Shown here piece after piece: positions 46,601 through 57,769 of a stretch of DNA of 64,000 bases. The stretch's first letter is position 1, and every line of letters starts with the position of its first letter. A model generated the notes under the pieces. It saw nothing but the letters and a program-made list of their open reading frames with translations, searched no databases and was not told the DNA's origin. Source of the stretch: Rebecca billardiae RCC1528 (taxonomy: Eukaryota > Protista > Haptophyta). The stretch lies in NCBI GenBank assembly GCA_965240325.2, contig OZ251228.1:1178001-1242000 (forward strand), in the 5' to 3' direction. Made by a program: the position numbers and the translations under genes.

Positions 46601-49600
46601 CGAGCGCGGTGCCTTCGGAGCGAAGCCGCTCTGCCAGAGCGGCCTCGGCGTCGGCGGCGCGATCGAGCTGCGCGCGGCGCGGACGGTCGGCGGCGCCGGC
46701 GGTGGTGGGCGCGCGGGCGCGAGGGCGCGAGGGAGCGGGGGCGCGGCTCAGCCACGCGCACGGCGCGCGCAGTCACACGCTGGGCGGCGCGCGCTCAAAC
46801 CCGCGCCGCCCGCGTGGACCGGCGCGCACAGCCGCGGCGCGGCGTGCACACACAGCCCCGCGGCGCGCGGCGCGCGGCGCGCGGCGCGCGGCGCGCGCGC
46901 GCGGGCGCGGCGCGGCTCGGCGCGGGCGCGGCGCGGCTCGGCGCGGGCGCGCGGCGCGCGTGCGCGCGCGGCTGCGCGCGGCCGCGCACCTCAGCCAGCT
47001 CGTCCGCGAGCTCCGAGGACTCGGCCGCCTCCGCGTCGGCGAGCGCGGCGCGGCGCGCGCGCGCGGCGGCGGCAAAGGCGTCGGCGGGCTCGGTCGCGCC
47101 GCCCTCCGCGCCGATCGCGCCGATCGCGGGGTGCGGCGCCGCGCGCCGCCCGTCCGCGGCGCGCTGCGCGCTCATCGCCTCGTCTCGCGCCGCGCGCGCC
47201 TCGGCGCGCGCGCGCTCGAGCGCGCCGCTCGCCTCGGCGGCGGCGTCGCGCTCGGCGCGCGCGGCGCGCGCGGCGGCGGCAAGGCTTGCTGCCGCCGCCT
47301 CGCGCGCCGCGTCATCCGCCGCCGCGTCGTCGAAGAGCAGCACGGCGGTCGCGGCGCGCTGCGCGTCGAGCCGCGCGCGCACGCGCGCCGCGCGCGCGGT
47401 CTGCTCGGTGGCGGCGGCGGCGGCCGCGTCGCGCCGCGCGGCGGCCGCGGCGGCACGCTCGTCTGCGGCGGCGGCGGCGGCGGCGAGGGCGCGCGCGCGC
47501 GCGGCGCGCGCGGCGCCGCGCGCGCGCCGCGCCTCCGCGCGCTCGCGCGCCGCGCCCTCCGCCTCGTCCAGCGCCGCGCCGATCGCCGCCTCCTTGGCCG
47601 CGCGCGCCGCCGCCTGCGCGTCGAGCGCGCCCGCCTCGCGAGATCGGATCTCGATCTCGTCAGCCGAGAGCGCGCGCTCGGCGGCGAGCGCGTGCGCGAG
47701 CTCGGCGGCGGCGTCGGCCTCGGAGCGCAGCCGCGCCTCCTCCGCGCCGAGTGACGCGGCCTCCGCCTCCGCCGCGGCCGAGCGCTCGGCGAGCAGCGCG
47801 TCCAGCCGAAGCCGCTGCTGCCGCACCGCGCGCAAACGCGGCGGCTCGAGCTCCGAAGGCGGCAGCGCGGCCCACGTGCTCAGCGCGGCCGGCGCGGCGG
47901 GCGCGGCGGAGGCGGCCGCGGCGGCGGCGGCGGAGCGCGCGGCGGCGGCGGCGCCGCGCGGCGTCGGCGGGCTCGCCGCCAGCCCGTCCGCCGCGCCCGC
48001 CGCCATCAGCGCGCGCACGAGCGGGTGCACGCGCAGGCTGCCGCCGCCCACCGCCTCCGCCGCGGCGAACGCGCGGCGCTGCTCGGCCGCCGCGTGCTGA
48101 TCTGCGCGGAGCGCGACCGCGAGGGCATCGGCCTCGCCCTCGGCGGCGCTGAGCGCGGCCGCGGCGGCCTCGACCTCCGGGCCCTCCGCGTTGCGCGCCG
48201 CCGCCGCCTCCGCGGGCTCCCCGGCCCACACGAGCGCGGCCGAGCGCTGCTGGCTGTCGGCGCGCGACACCGCCTCGGCGCACCGCGCCTGCAGGCCGGG
48301 CGCGCGCGCGCGCGCGCGCTCGGCGCGCGCGCGCGACGCGGCGACGAGCGTGGTGCGCGCGTGCTCGCGCCGCGCCTGCGCGCCCTCGCGCGCGCGCGCC
48401 GCGCCGTCGCGCTCGGCGTGCCGCTCGCCCAGCTGCGCCGCCGCGGCGAAGACCGCGCGCAGGAACGCCTCCTCGCTGACGAAGCTCGCCCACTGCGGCA
48501 ACGTCGGCAGCGCCGCCATGGCCGCCGCGCCGTCCCACTTCGGCTCCTTGGGCCGCGGCTGCTTGAGGTCTTCCTTGGTGGAGGAGAGGAACGCCTTGAG
48601 CGCGTGCGAGCGCTCGAGCGCGGGCAGCTCGAGCAGCGAGTCCAGGTAGTGCTGCAGCCGCTCCCTGTGCCGCGCGTGCTCAACCGACGCCGGCCCTTTT
48701 GAGCCGGTGCCTAGGATGGTTGCCGGGCCGCGCGGCAGCCGCGGCAGCGAGGACGAGCCAATCTCGTGGCCGAGGTAGTCGTGCAGCCGGCCAAAGTCCT
48801 TGTCGCGCCGCTGCACGCTCACGCCCCACTGCGCGAGCACCTGCCCCGCCTCCTCAGACCAGCCCTGCGCGGCGGCGCTCGCGCCGCGGCTGCGGGCGCG
48901 CGCGGCGCGCGCGGCGCGGTGGCGGTGGGGGCGTGAGCGCCGACGCGCGCGCGCGCAGCCGCCGCCTCCGCGCGGCCTCCGCGCGCGGCCTCCGCGCACG
49001 CGCGCGCGCGCGCACCGCACGAGGCGCAGCGAGACCGTGCAGATGTTCTTGTTCCCGCCGAGCACGCCGCCGCCCGCCTCGAGCGGCTCAGAGACCAGGG
49101 CGGTCCACACGCCCTGCGCGAGCACTTCGGCGGCGGAGCCGGCGGGCGCGCCGAGGCCGCCGGCGGGGCCGGTGAGGACGGGCGGCGGCGGCGGCGCGCC
49201 GACGGGCGGCGGCGGCGGCGCGGCGCTGGGCGGCTCGCCGAACAGCGCCGAGCCGCCAACGCCGCCGAGCCCGCCAACGCCGCCGCCGAGCCCGCCGCCG
49301 CCGCCAAAGCTGCCGTTTGCAGCCGTCGCCGGAAGCACGCCGCCGAGGGGCGCGGTCAGGTCGAGCTCCTCGTAGCCCGTCGAGGTGTCCGTCAGCCCCG
49401 CGCCACGAGCGCCACTGCCCGGCGCGGACGAGCCCACCGACGGCGAGTAGCCGGGCGTGCCGCCGCCGCCGACGCCGCCGTCGGCTGCGGCGCGCACGGG
49501 CGTGCCGGGCGCGCCGCCGCCGCCGCCCGCGGAGAGGTGAGAGAGCGAGGCCGCGCGCGTGAGCGCGGCGACCCACTTGGCGGTGAGCTCGTCCGAGTCC

Positions 49601-50217
49601 GTGGCCAGCTTGGTCGGGGGCTCGGCCCCCGACGGGTGACGAATCACGAACGGGTAGCTGCGCGCGGGCGCGGGCAGCGGAGCGCCCGGCTCCGCGGCGG
49701 CCGTGCCGTCGACGCCCGCCGGCGAGGGCGGCGCGGCGGCGGCGGAGCCCGACGCGGCGTGTGCCGCCTTGCTGATCGGCTCGCGCGGTGGCTCGCGCGT
49801 GATCGTGCAGCCCGACAGGAAGATCGTGCCGCGCGGCTTCGCGTCCGCGCCGATCGCCGCCGCGCCCGCGTGCGTGTCTTCGATGTAGTAGTACAGAACG
49901 GAGCGCTCGAGGCGGAAGAAGCGCTGGCGGAAGGTCTTGACGACGTCGCGCTCCTTCCACAGGAATCCCGAGATACTCCCCGCCGCCTCGTCCGCCTCGC
50001 AGCTCAGCACGGGCGGCGGCTCCGGCTGCGCGCGCCATGGATCGTGGGCGGGCGGTGGGGGATCAGCTCAGACCGACGGCGCGAGCGCGCCCGCGCGCGC
50101 AGGGCGCGCGCGGCAGGGCGCCGCGCGCGCGGTGGAGGTCTCGCGTGCGAGTGCACGGCGCCGTGTGCGCGCGCGCACAGCACTGGAGCTGACGGCTTTC
50201 TTCAGCCGCGCGAGCAT
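43666..50217 (-). CDS. Multi-exon PH + PX domain protein with long Ala-rich coiled coil (sorting-nexin-like); exons include 50217-50179, 50025-49021, 48864-46990; distal exons approximate
   Basis: PH: ISGFLWKERDVVKTFRQRFFRLERSVLYYY..PRGTIFL..KWVAAL. PX: VQRRDKDFGRLHDYL..LPRLP..RERLQHYLDSLL..LKAFLS. GT-AG introns carry (CACGCA)n repeats. The last exon ends SQNAFFTASR*. Confidence 0.8.
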
Positions 50218-52876
50218 GTCGGGCGGCGGACGGGGCGCGAGCGCGGCGCCGAGCTCCGGTGCCTTCGGCGCAGCCACCCTTGTTGTGCGTGCTGCCGTGC
50301 TGCCCGCTTTGTCCCCGGACCACGGGACCAAAGGAGGAAATGACCCGGACTGTACGATGGCGGCCACGCGTGGCGCGCTCGTTCGTTCACATCGCGGCCG
50401 CTGCGGGTGCGCGCGCGCTACGGGTGCGGGTCAGGACACCCACTGGCCTCATTCGCGCGCGTTCCCTCCCCCCCTCGCTGCGCCCGCCGTGCGCTGAGGC
50501 TGGCTGCTTTCCATGCGACATGTGAAGAAGGCGTGATCCCCAGATTATGACAGACTGTGCGCAATTGCGTGTCAGAGGCCTCCTAAGGAAGAGTCACCGC
50601 TTCTGGCCGATGCGCCTGGGTATTGGCAACTCGGCGAGTGCCCGTGCGCGGCGATGCCAGTGCATGGTCGGCGGCGATGAACGCATTTGTGGCTAGGCTT
50701 GCAACTTGAGCGATCAGACACTTCTGGGCACCAAGTTGACCAAGCGCCGTACGACGTGTTGCATGCACGGGCAGACGCATGGCAGAGAGCGCGCCAAACC
50801 AGCGAGCCGAACGCCAACAGGTCCATATACACCACTCATAAAGTTTGGTTGCAGTCTGATGTAACATCCAGGTGCAGCACCCTCCCCGTGTGGTGTCACT
50901 AGAGCGCGCTCTCGAGCGCGTGCCTCCGAGCGCGGGGCGGCCGCTTGCTGCAATGGCCGCCTCGATGAGGTGCGGCAACGCGCCCCTCACCTGCCTGCGC
51001 CGGTCTGTTTTGTGGCGGTGTCTTTGTGCAGTGTTGGATGGCGTCAATCACGCCTTAACCAAGTGTGCACGTTAAAACATAGTAAACTGCACAGGAAGTG
51101 TTTTCCAACTGCGCGTTTCGGCACGCAGGCAGTGCAGCCCCGCCTCACAGATCATTCTAGTGAGTAGTGGCCGAGTCCGGAGCGCTTCATAACAGTGTCG
51201 TTACGGCTGCAAGGTTGTGCTCGTGAGTACTTATGACAAGTGAGAGAGTCAGCATGGCGGCCTAGCGGGTGTGAAAAAGTGACGTATGTGCAGCCTGCAC
51301 GGGCCGGTTACCGCCATAGCGCGCTGTGCTTATAATAGTGACCACAGCCGCATCCGAGGCAGCGCGCGTGCGTGTCTCGGTGTAGATCTGCGTGAACGAC
51401 AGATCCCGGAGTCGGACTGCCGGTGTCTTACAGTAGTACTAGTAGTAGGTGAGCCTCCGTCGACGCGCGTTCTCGCACTCAAGTGCACAGCGCGCAGCAG
51501 ATGGCAACAGCACCGCAACTGAAGGTCAAGGACAGGGACACGCGCAACATCAACGCCGGTTCACCTGCTTGCACGATGCTGGGGTGCGCCCTGGCGACTC
51601 CGACAGCTCACTTCTAGTACTACTGGGCAGTGGGGCGTGGGCTTCAGCCGCCCAGCTCCGGTCCACCCCTATGTCCGGTCACCGTAGCGTTGCGGCATCG
51701 AAATTAAGACGCAAATCGACGGTCGATTGGCCGCCTCGTCTCGAGTCTCGGATAGTCGGGATCATCAGCCACACCTCCATTTACAGCCCATGAAATTAAT
51801 AGGTTCAGGGCAGACTCTCTATTTTCTAGTAGTATTGAAATAAATACCCCGGGTCCATTAATCTCGCCTGCCTGAGCTGTGTGCGTCTCTTATTCTTAGT
51901 AAACTGTAGGCGGGAAGAACTTGAAGATGCGCACTCTTGTAACTACTCTTAGCCTTAGGCTTAGGGGAGCGGTGATGCCGGGACCGACTGCCGGAGTGCC
52001 GGAGACCACTGCTCACTGCTGCCAGTGCTGTCACTGATTCTGAGCCTAACGGTAGTCTCTGCCTGTACGACGCAGGACACAGCAATGATTAAGCAGCCTG
52101 TTTATTTTGACCGCGTCGCGGGCGTCGGCGGTCCGACCGATGCCCGCGATGGCGATCAGTCATGTCAGACTCATATTGACTCATCACTTCATCAGCCAAC
52201 GCCCAACTGGCAACCGCGTGGACTCGGATCCGAGTAGTCCGCAGCACTTTTTCCCTACCTTCGGCTGACTGGGGCTCGATGCAGTCGACGCGACGACGCG
52301 GCGTTGCGCACAGCACAGGCAGCTGGTTGGCTCGGCTACACTCTCGAGGTGGCTGCATGGTGCGGCACGGCTCCGAGCCCGGGCTCGCGCGGCTCGCGGG
52401 GCCGCCGCCGAGTCCCCGTCGCCGTCGGCCGGGCAGAGTCCCGCAGAGCGCGCTTCTGCGATGAAAGTGTCAGGCGATTGTGCACATACGTTATAAAACG
52501 GAGTACCGTACTAGTCACCTGCAGTGCACGGGCTCAGGGCGGTCTGGGTGTGCTCCTGGCGCGCAGAAGGCGGACGGACGGCGTCCCGCTCTGCCACGAC
52601 CGTTTGCGCGGCATCGGGGTCCCGATCCCGGAACACAACTGCATAGTAATGTTTACGACGATACTCACAAGGTGTCGAACTCGAAAGATCTGGAACCGAT
52701 GGGAAGGATCCGGAGGAACTCTCATCGCGTTTTCAGCACTTTTCATCAAAGGCGAATGTTCCGAAACGAGTTTATTGATGCGCCGATATTCAAATTTGCC
52801 ATAAACCGACGACTCGGCTTCCACTTCTGACCAAGGGCCTGGTCATTGATCACTGATTGGTACATCACCCCGTCAC

Positions 52877-54010
52877 CAAGGGCGGTAAGGGAGCGCTGTC
52901 AACTCCCAGTGGCGCCGAGTGGCGGAGGTTGGTTGCCCCTCAACTCGTGCGGCCTCGCGGCGCAGCGGCTAAGTCTCCTGGGGCGCCGCCCAGGAGGGCG
53001 CGTGGGGTGCGCACGCCGCGGGCTCCTGCGGCCGCGGCAGCGGCCGCGGACACGGCGCGCGTGGTTGGTCGCATGCTAGACAGTATGTAGTACCCTCCCA
53101 CGCCGCGCGCCGTGCTCGCCGGTGCCCTCGCCGTGCCTCAGGCCAGCCGCGCACGCGCGCCGCACCAATGGCCAGCCGTGGCCACGCGCCAGCCGCCGGC
53201 GCGCGCGCGGTGCGCGGTGCGGTCGGCGCGGGTCGGGCGCGCGCCCGGGGCGAGGCTTGTGTATGATGGGCGCGCGTCATGCCGCCTCGCGCCGCCGCAC
53301 ACGAGCTTGATCACGTTCCACGCGGCTGCTGAAGGGTGCTCGTCGAGCATTCCTCGGCCATCAGAAATGAGCTTGGACAAGCGGCTGTGAGCGCACTGAG
53401 TGCGAGGAACGCGAGCACTTGGGGGCTCGCGTGCCATAGTATGATGCTAGTCGTGCTCATATCAGTGGTCTGCGCTTGTCTATCACGCGTCGCTGCCTTC
53501 CCATGATCGTCTCAACATGAGCATTTTCAAACATGGCAATGCACACTCGACAGCATGAGAACGCGTGCGCGCCGACCCATGCGGGCTCCAGCGCGGCGGC
53601 GCGAGGCGGCATGACGCGCGCCCAACATACACAAGCCTCGCCCCGGGCGCGCGCCCGACCCGCGCCGACCGCACCGCGCACCGCGCGCGCGCCGGCGGCT
53701 GGCGCGTGGCCACGGCTGGCCATTGGTGCGGCGCGCGTGCGCGGCTGGCCTGAGGCACGGCGAGGGCACCGGCGAGCACGGCGCGCGGCGTGGGAGGGTA
53801 CTACATACTGTCTAGCATGCGACCAACCACGCGCGCCGTGTCCGCGGCCGCTGCCGCGGCCGCAGGAGCACGCGGCGTGCGCACCCCACGCGCCCTCCTG
53901 GGCGGCGCCCCAGGAGACTTAGCCGCTGCGCCGCGAGGCCGCACGAGTTGAGGGGCAACCAACCTCCGCCACTCGGCGCCACTGGGAGTTGACAGCCCTT
54001 ACCGCCCTTG
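52877..54010. mobile_element. P-superfamily/Galileo-like foldback element, ~420-bp TIRs (52877-53298, 53593-54010)
   Basis: Near-perfect inverted arms starting CAAGGGCGGTAAGGG, CA...TG termini, and a 7-bp TSD CCGTCAC (52870-52876, 54011-54017). Confidence 0.85.
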
Positions 54011-54545
54011 CCGTCACGTTGTTAGGGCTTGTTGGACTGGTAAATTACGACAACTTCTCCAACAGACGAAAACATTTTCATCCCAAAGAGGACTACGATT
54101 TCACAAGACTCTGAGCCTGAGAGAGAATACCTCCCTATCACAATGTGGTTAAATGTGGCTTATCGGTATGATCATCTCTCTAAATTATGACTCTTGGACT
54201 CGCGTCGAGGTTCGCCCAAAAGTCTGCGAGCACAACCAGGGGTTGAGAATGCAAACCGCTGATATTAGGCCACTTGACGATTTGAGAATCTCCTGCGTGC
54301 TTCATTTAATCATCCATACAAAGCGACACATAGCGTGCAAGTTTGGAGCTTGAGCGGGGGTTTACTGGCGCACCCACTTCTCAACTCATCACGCACAAAT
54401 TCGATGCCCACGATTGATTGAGCAGCTCATCACACGTTCACGCGGGGGCGCTCGCGCCCCGCCCGGCCCTGCACATCAGGTTGATCGACTTCCGGGCTTC
54501 GCCAGCAGAACCGCCTGTGAGGCCACCAGCCGAGAGCTAACCCCG

Positions 54546-55490
54546 ATGAGGACCAAGCGAGCGCGAGAGGAGAGTGCGGAGGAGGCGGCGCCGGAGGCGA
54601 CCAAGCCGTTCCCAGTTCCGGTGCCACCTCCGGGCATCGTCTACGACGGCGTCACCGAGGAGCTCATGCGTGCCCGATCGCGCCGATGCGCGCCGGCCGC
54701 GTCGCGGCTCCAGCTGACCGAGGAGTACCAGCGCAACCCGTATCCGTCGGTGGAGCGGTGCGAGGAGCTGGCGCGCGAGCTCGAGATGACGCTCAAGCAG
54801 GTGCAGAACTGGTTCCAGAACCACCGACAGGTCGCCAAGCGCAAGGCGAATCGCGAGCGCCGGCGCGCTGAGCAGCTCGCGCAGGCCGAGCTGCAGACGC
54901 AGAGCGCCGAGATGATGCCCGTGCACGTGATGCCGGCGACGAACATGCCCCGCGTGCAGGTTGCGCCCATGGCGTACACGGGCGCAGATATGGGCACGCC
55001 CAAGTACCCCGGCGTGGCGTGCAGCTCGGCCCAGCCCGGCTTCTACGCCATGCCTGTCCAGCAGCAGCCGCCAACGATGGTCGACACGGGCGCTGCGAGC
55101 GCGCCGCCCACCGGCTGCTGCTGCTGCGCGCCGGGATATTACCCGACGGCGCCCGGCGCTCAGCCGATGGGGGCGATGTACGCCTACCCCGGCGCGGCGC
55201 CACAATACGGTGGCCGCGTCGCTGCGCCCGCCCCGCAGGCGTACCAGCCGGCGTGGCAGTGTACGACGACCATCCCCGCCGAGCAAACGCCGTACTACTA
55301 CCCGTTGCCACCGCAGCCGCAGCCGCAGCCCATGAGGCAGTACGCGCAGCCGCCGAGTGGGGGGCAGCCGATGTACTACCCGCTGCCCGCCCCGCCGACA
55401 TACCCCTCGGCCGTCGCGCCCCCGGCCTACATGCCGTTGCCGCCGCCCGCGACCGTGGCCACGCTCGGGCCCCCGCCTGGGCCACGCTGA
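54546..55490 (+). CDS. Homeodomain transcription factor (non-TALE, Q50) with Pro/Tyr/Gln-rich C-terminus
   Basis: LTEEYQRNPYPSVERCEELARELEMTLKQVQNWFQNHRQVAKR. Confidence 0.88.
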   Translation: MRTKRAREESAEEAAPEATKPFPVPVPPPGIVYDGVTEELMRARSRRCAPAASRLQLTEEYQRNPYPSVERCEELARELEMTLKQVQNWFQNHRQVAKRKANRERRRAEQLAQAELQTQSAEMMPVHVMPATNMPRVQVAPMAYTGADMGTPKYPGVACSSAQPGFYAMPVQQQPPTMVDTGAASAPPTGCCCCAPGYYPTAPGAQPMGAMYAYPGAAPQYGGRVAAPAPQAYQPAWQCTTTIPAEQTPYYYPLPPQPQPQPMRQYAQPPSGGQPMYYPLPAPPTYPSAVAPPAYMPLPPPATVATLGPPPGPR

Positions 55491-57279
55491 TCTGCGACGC
55501 GCCGGAGTTGATCCGCGCGGGGCGCAGTCGCCGCGCTGGCTGCTCTGTGCGGCGAATGGGCGACGCGACTGAACATACGTGAAGTGTGCACGTGCGGACC
55601 GGTGCGGCCGAGCAGCCTCGTCCGCCGCCGTCTCGCAGGCAATGCGGTCAGTGAACCCCCTCCCTCCCCCCCGTGACAGGCGCCGGATGCGGCGTCTGCC
55701 GCGGCGCGACGTCGCCGCAGCTGCCACGAGACAGCCAACCAATTAAGAGCGTGCGGCGCGACTACCGGCTACCCGCCGAGTGTCGCGTCGCTCCGCGCTG
55801 GCCGTGAGTTCCGACGGGAATCTTACGGACCAACCGACTGTCGCCGCACCAAGTCACAACTTGGGACCGTACTCAAGCAGTCAGGCTTGTCAGCATCTCA
55901 GTGCCGGTAATGTCAGTCACAGGGCTGACGAGTGACGGCACCTGTCTCGGTCTCGGACTTTCCTGTCTGTTGGACGGGGCGCCTCGTCTGTTGCACCCCG
56001 CACCACACGGATGCACAGGACAAGGCAGCGCATCAACGATGATGATAACGCGGCGGAGAGTTTCCGCCAATCGCAAGCCATCGGGTATCACCACATTCGC
56101 TTGATGAACCTGATTAATACGACCCCCATGAGTAGTACTTGCTGTAAGATGCTCACTCCTCCTACAAATGAGTATGTATGTTTGGCCGACGGCGAAAAAG
56201 CTCTTACTTTATGATTACCACCATACGCGGTCACTCGATGACGAACGAAGATTCGATGCGCATTGAAGTGCTTGATCGAATTTCGTCGCATCCTCAGAGC
56301 GACATCATCGCGCGAGGGCGGTGGAGGACGCCACCGCAACTCATCCCGTATCCGTCGCCAAGCGGTGGTCTTTTGCTTCCAGACCGGATTGAGGTTCCGC
56401 TGTTGGGCATGGTTCGGCACCATCCTCGCCGAGGCCGTGCACGAGTCGGTTATACTCGTGGGGCGGCGGTTACCGTAGTCTCCGCGGCGCAGTCGTCAAG
56501 ACAGCGTGGGCCATCGCGGCAAGCGCGGATCTGAAGTGGCACGCACGGCCATGTGGTGCTTACAAACGAGTCGCGCATGCGCCTGATTGGAGAGTATGGT
56601 CGCGGCCGCCGAGCCCGCGCCGCCGCGCTGGGGGCCGGCAAGGCGGCCCGCCGCGCCGGGGCCGTCCGCACGGGCACTCCCACCGACTGGACGCGCTGTC
56701 AGCAGCCCGCGACTGTCAGGCCCTATAGACCTACGTGAGGTCCCGGGCCGTGCGCGTCCCAAATGCACGAGCAGAGAGAGGCGAGTTGTACAGAGTGGAT
56801 CCAGCTCTGGCTGCCACCCTCGCAAATGCTCAGTGCGCCTGCAGATGCACCAGTGCTCCCCGGCGCAGCTGTCAGCTGACGGAACTCGCCGTCAGGCGTC
56901 ACTCGGTCAGGGCCCGAAGACGCAACAGCCAGGGGCGAAGTGGTGAAAGTGCCCGCCGCCGCAGTCTGCAACACATATCCGGGCGCAATACCATCAGTCA
57001 CTGAATGTGTGCCCGCAGCACGGACGGGCTCTGCCACGCTGCGCGCTACTACCTGCGGCCCCAGCAGCACCGTACTGTAAGTGTAGTGACGCCCGTCGAA
57101 GTGCACTCAGTCACCGCGCCATTCATTATTTAGGCACCTGCTGCGGAATGTACGGTCGTGGCGGTGCACGGTGCCGCCTCCAACCGGTGTCGGACAGCCA
57201 CTCGTCGTCACCACAGACCCGTGTGAACCGCGGGCTGACGGTAAGTGCCCATCATCATCGTCCGATCTGATATCTTAAG

Positions 57280-57282
<3 letters not shown>

Positions 57283-57321
<39 letters not shown>
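57283..57321. repeat. (AT)n microsatellite
   Basis: Directly visible. Confidence 0.95.
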
Positions 57322-57323
<2 letters not shown>

Positions 57324-57769
57324 GCCTTCGTTGCGGATTTAGTGGATTTACATCCGCGGCTGACTTACAATACTGTTGAGCTGTGTGCGTCCGTCTTACC
57401 CTGAGTACACTGTAGTTGACTGGCAGCGACCCGTCACGCGTAGTCACGCGTCAGCGTGGCGCGACAACGCGCCACGCGAGTGCGCGGTATTATTATTGCT
57501 GCTGCTGTGCCTGCTGTTTGCTGCAATACGCACCGGGCAGCTCAACAGTCTACACTGAATCACTGATGATGACGACCGACTTACAATGAACTACGACACT
57601 ATAGCAGCTTTCAGATCGATATATATAGTGATGATGATATCGCGATGTGGCAGTACATGACCGTACCGTCTACTCTGTACTGACTGCTATATATATATAT
57701 TGTTATATAGTATAGTCGACTACCATCCCCCGGCGGGATGGACGACTTGTCGTCGCCGAGTCATCTCAA

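Noticed and set aside
50500-52860. Lower-GC stretch that may be TE debris
   Set aside because: No paired termini, TSD or recognisable ORF found.
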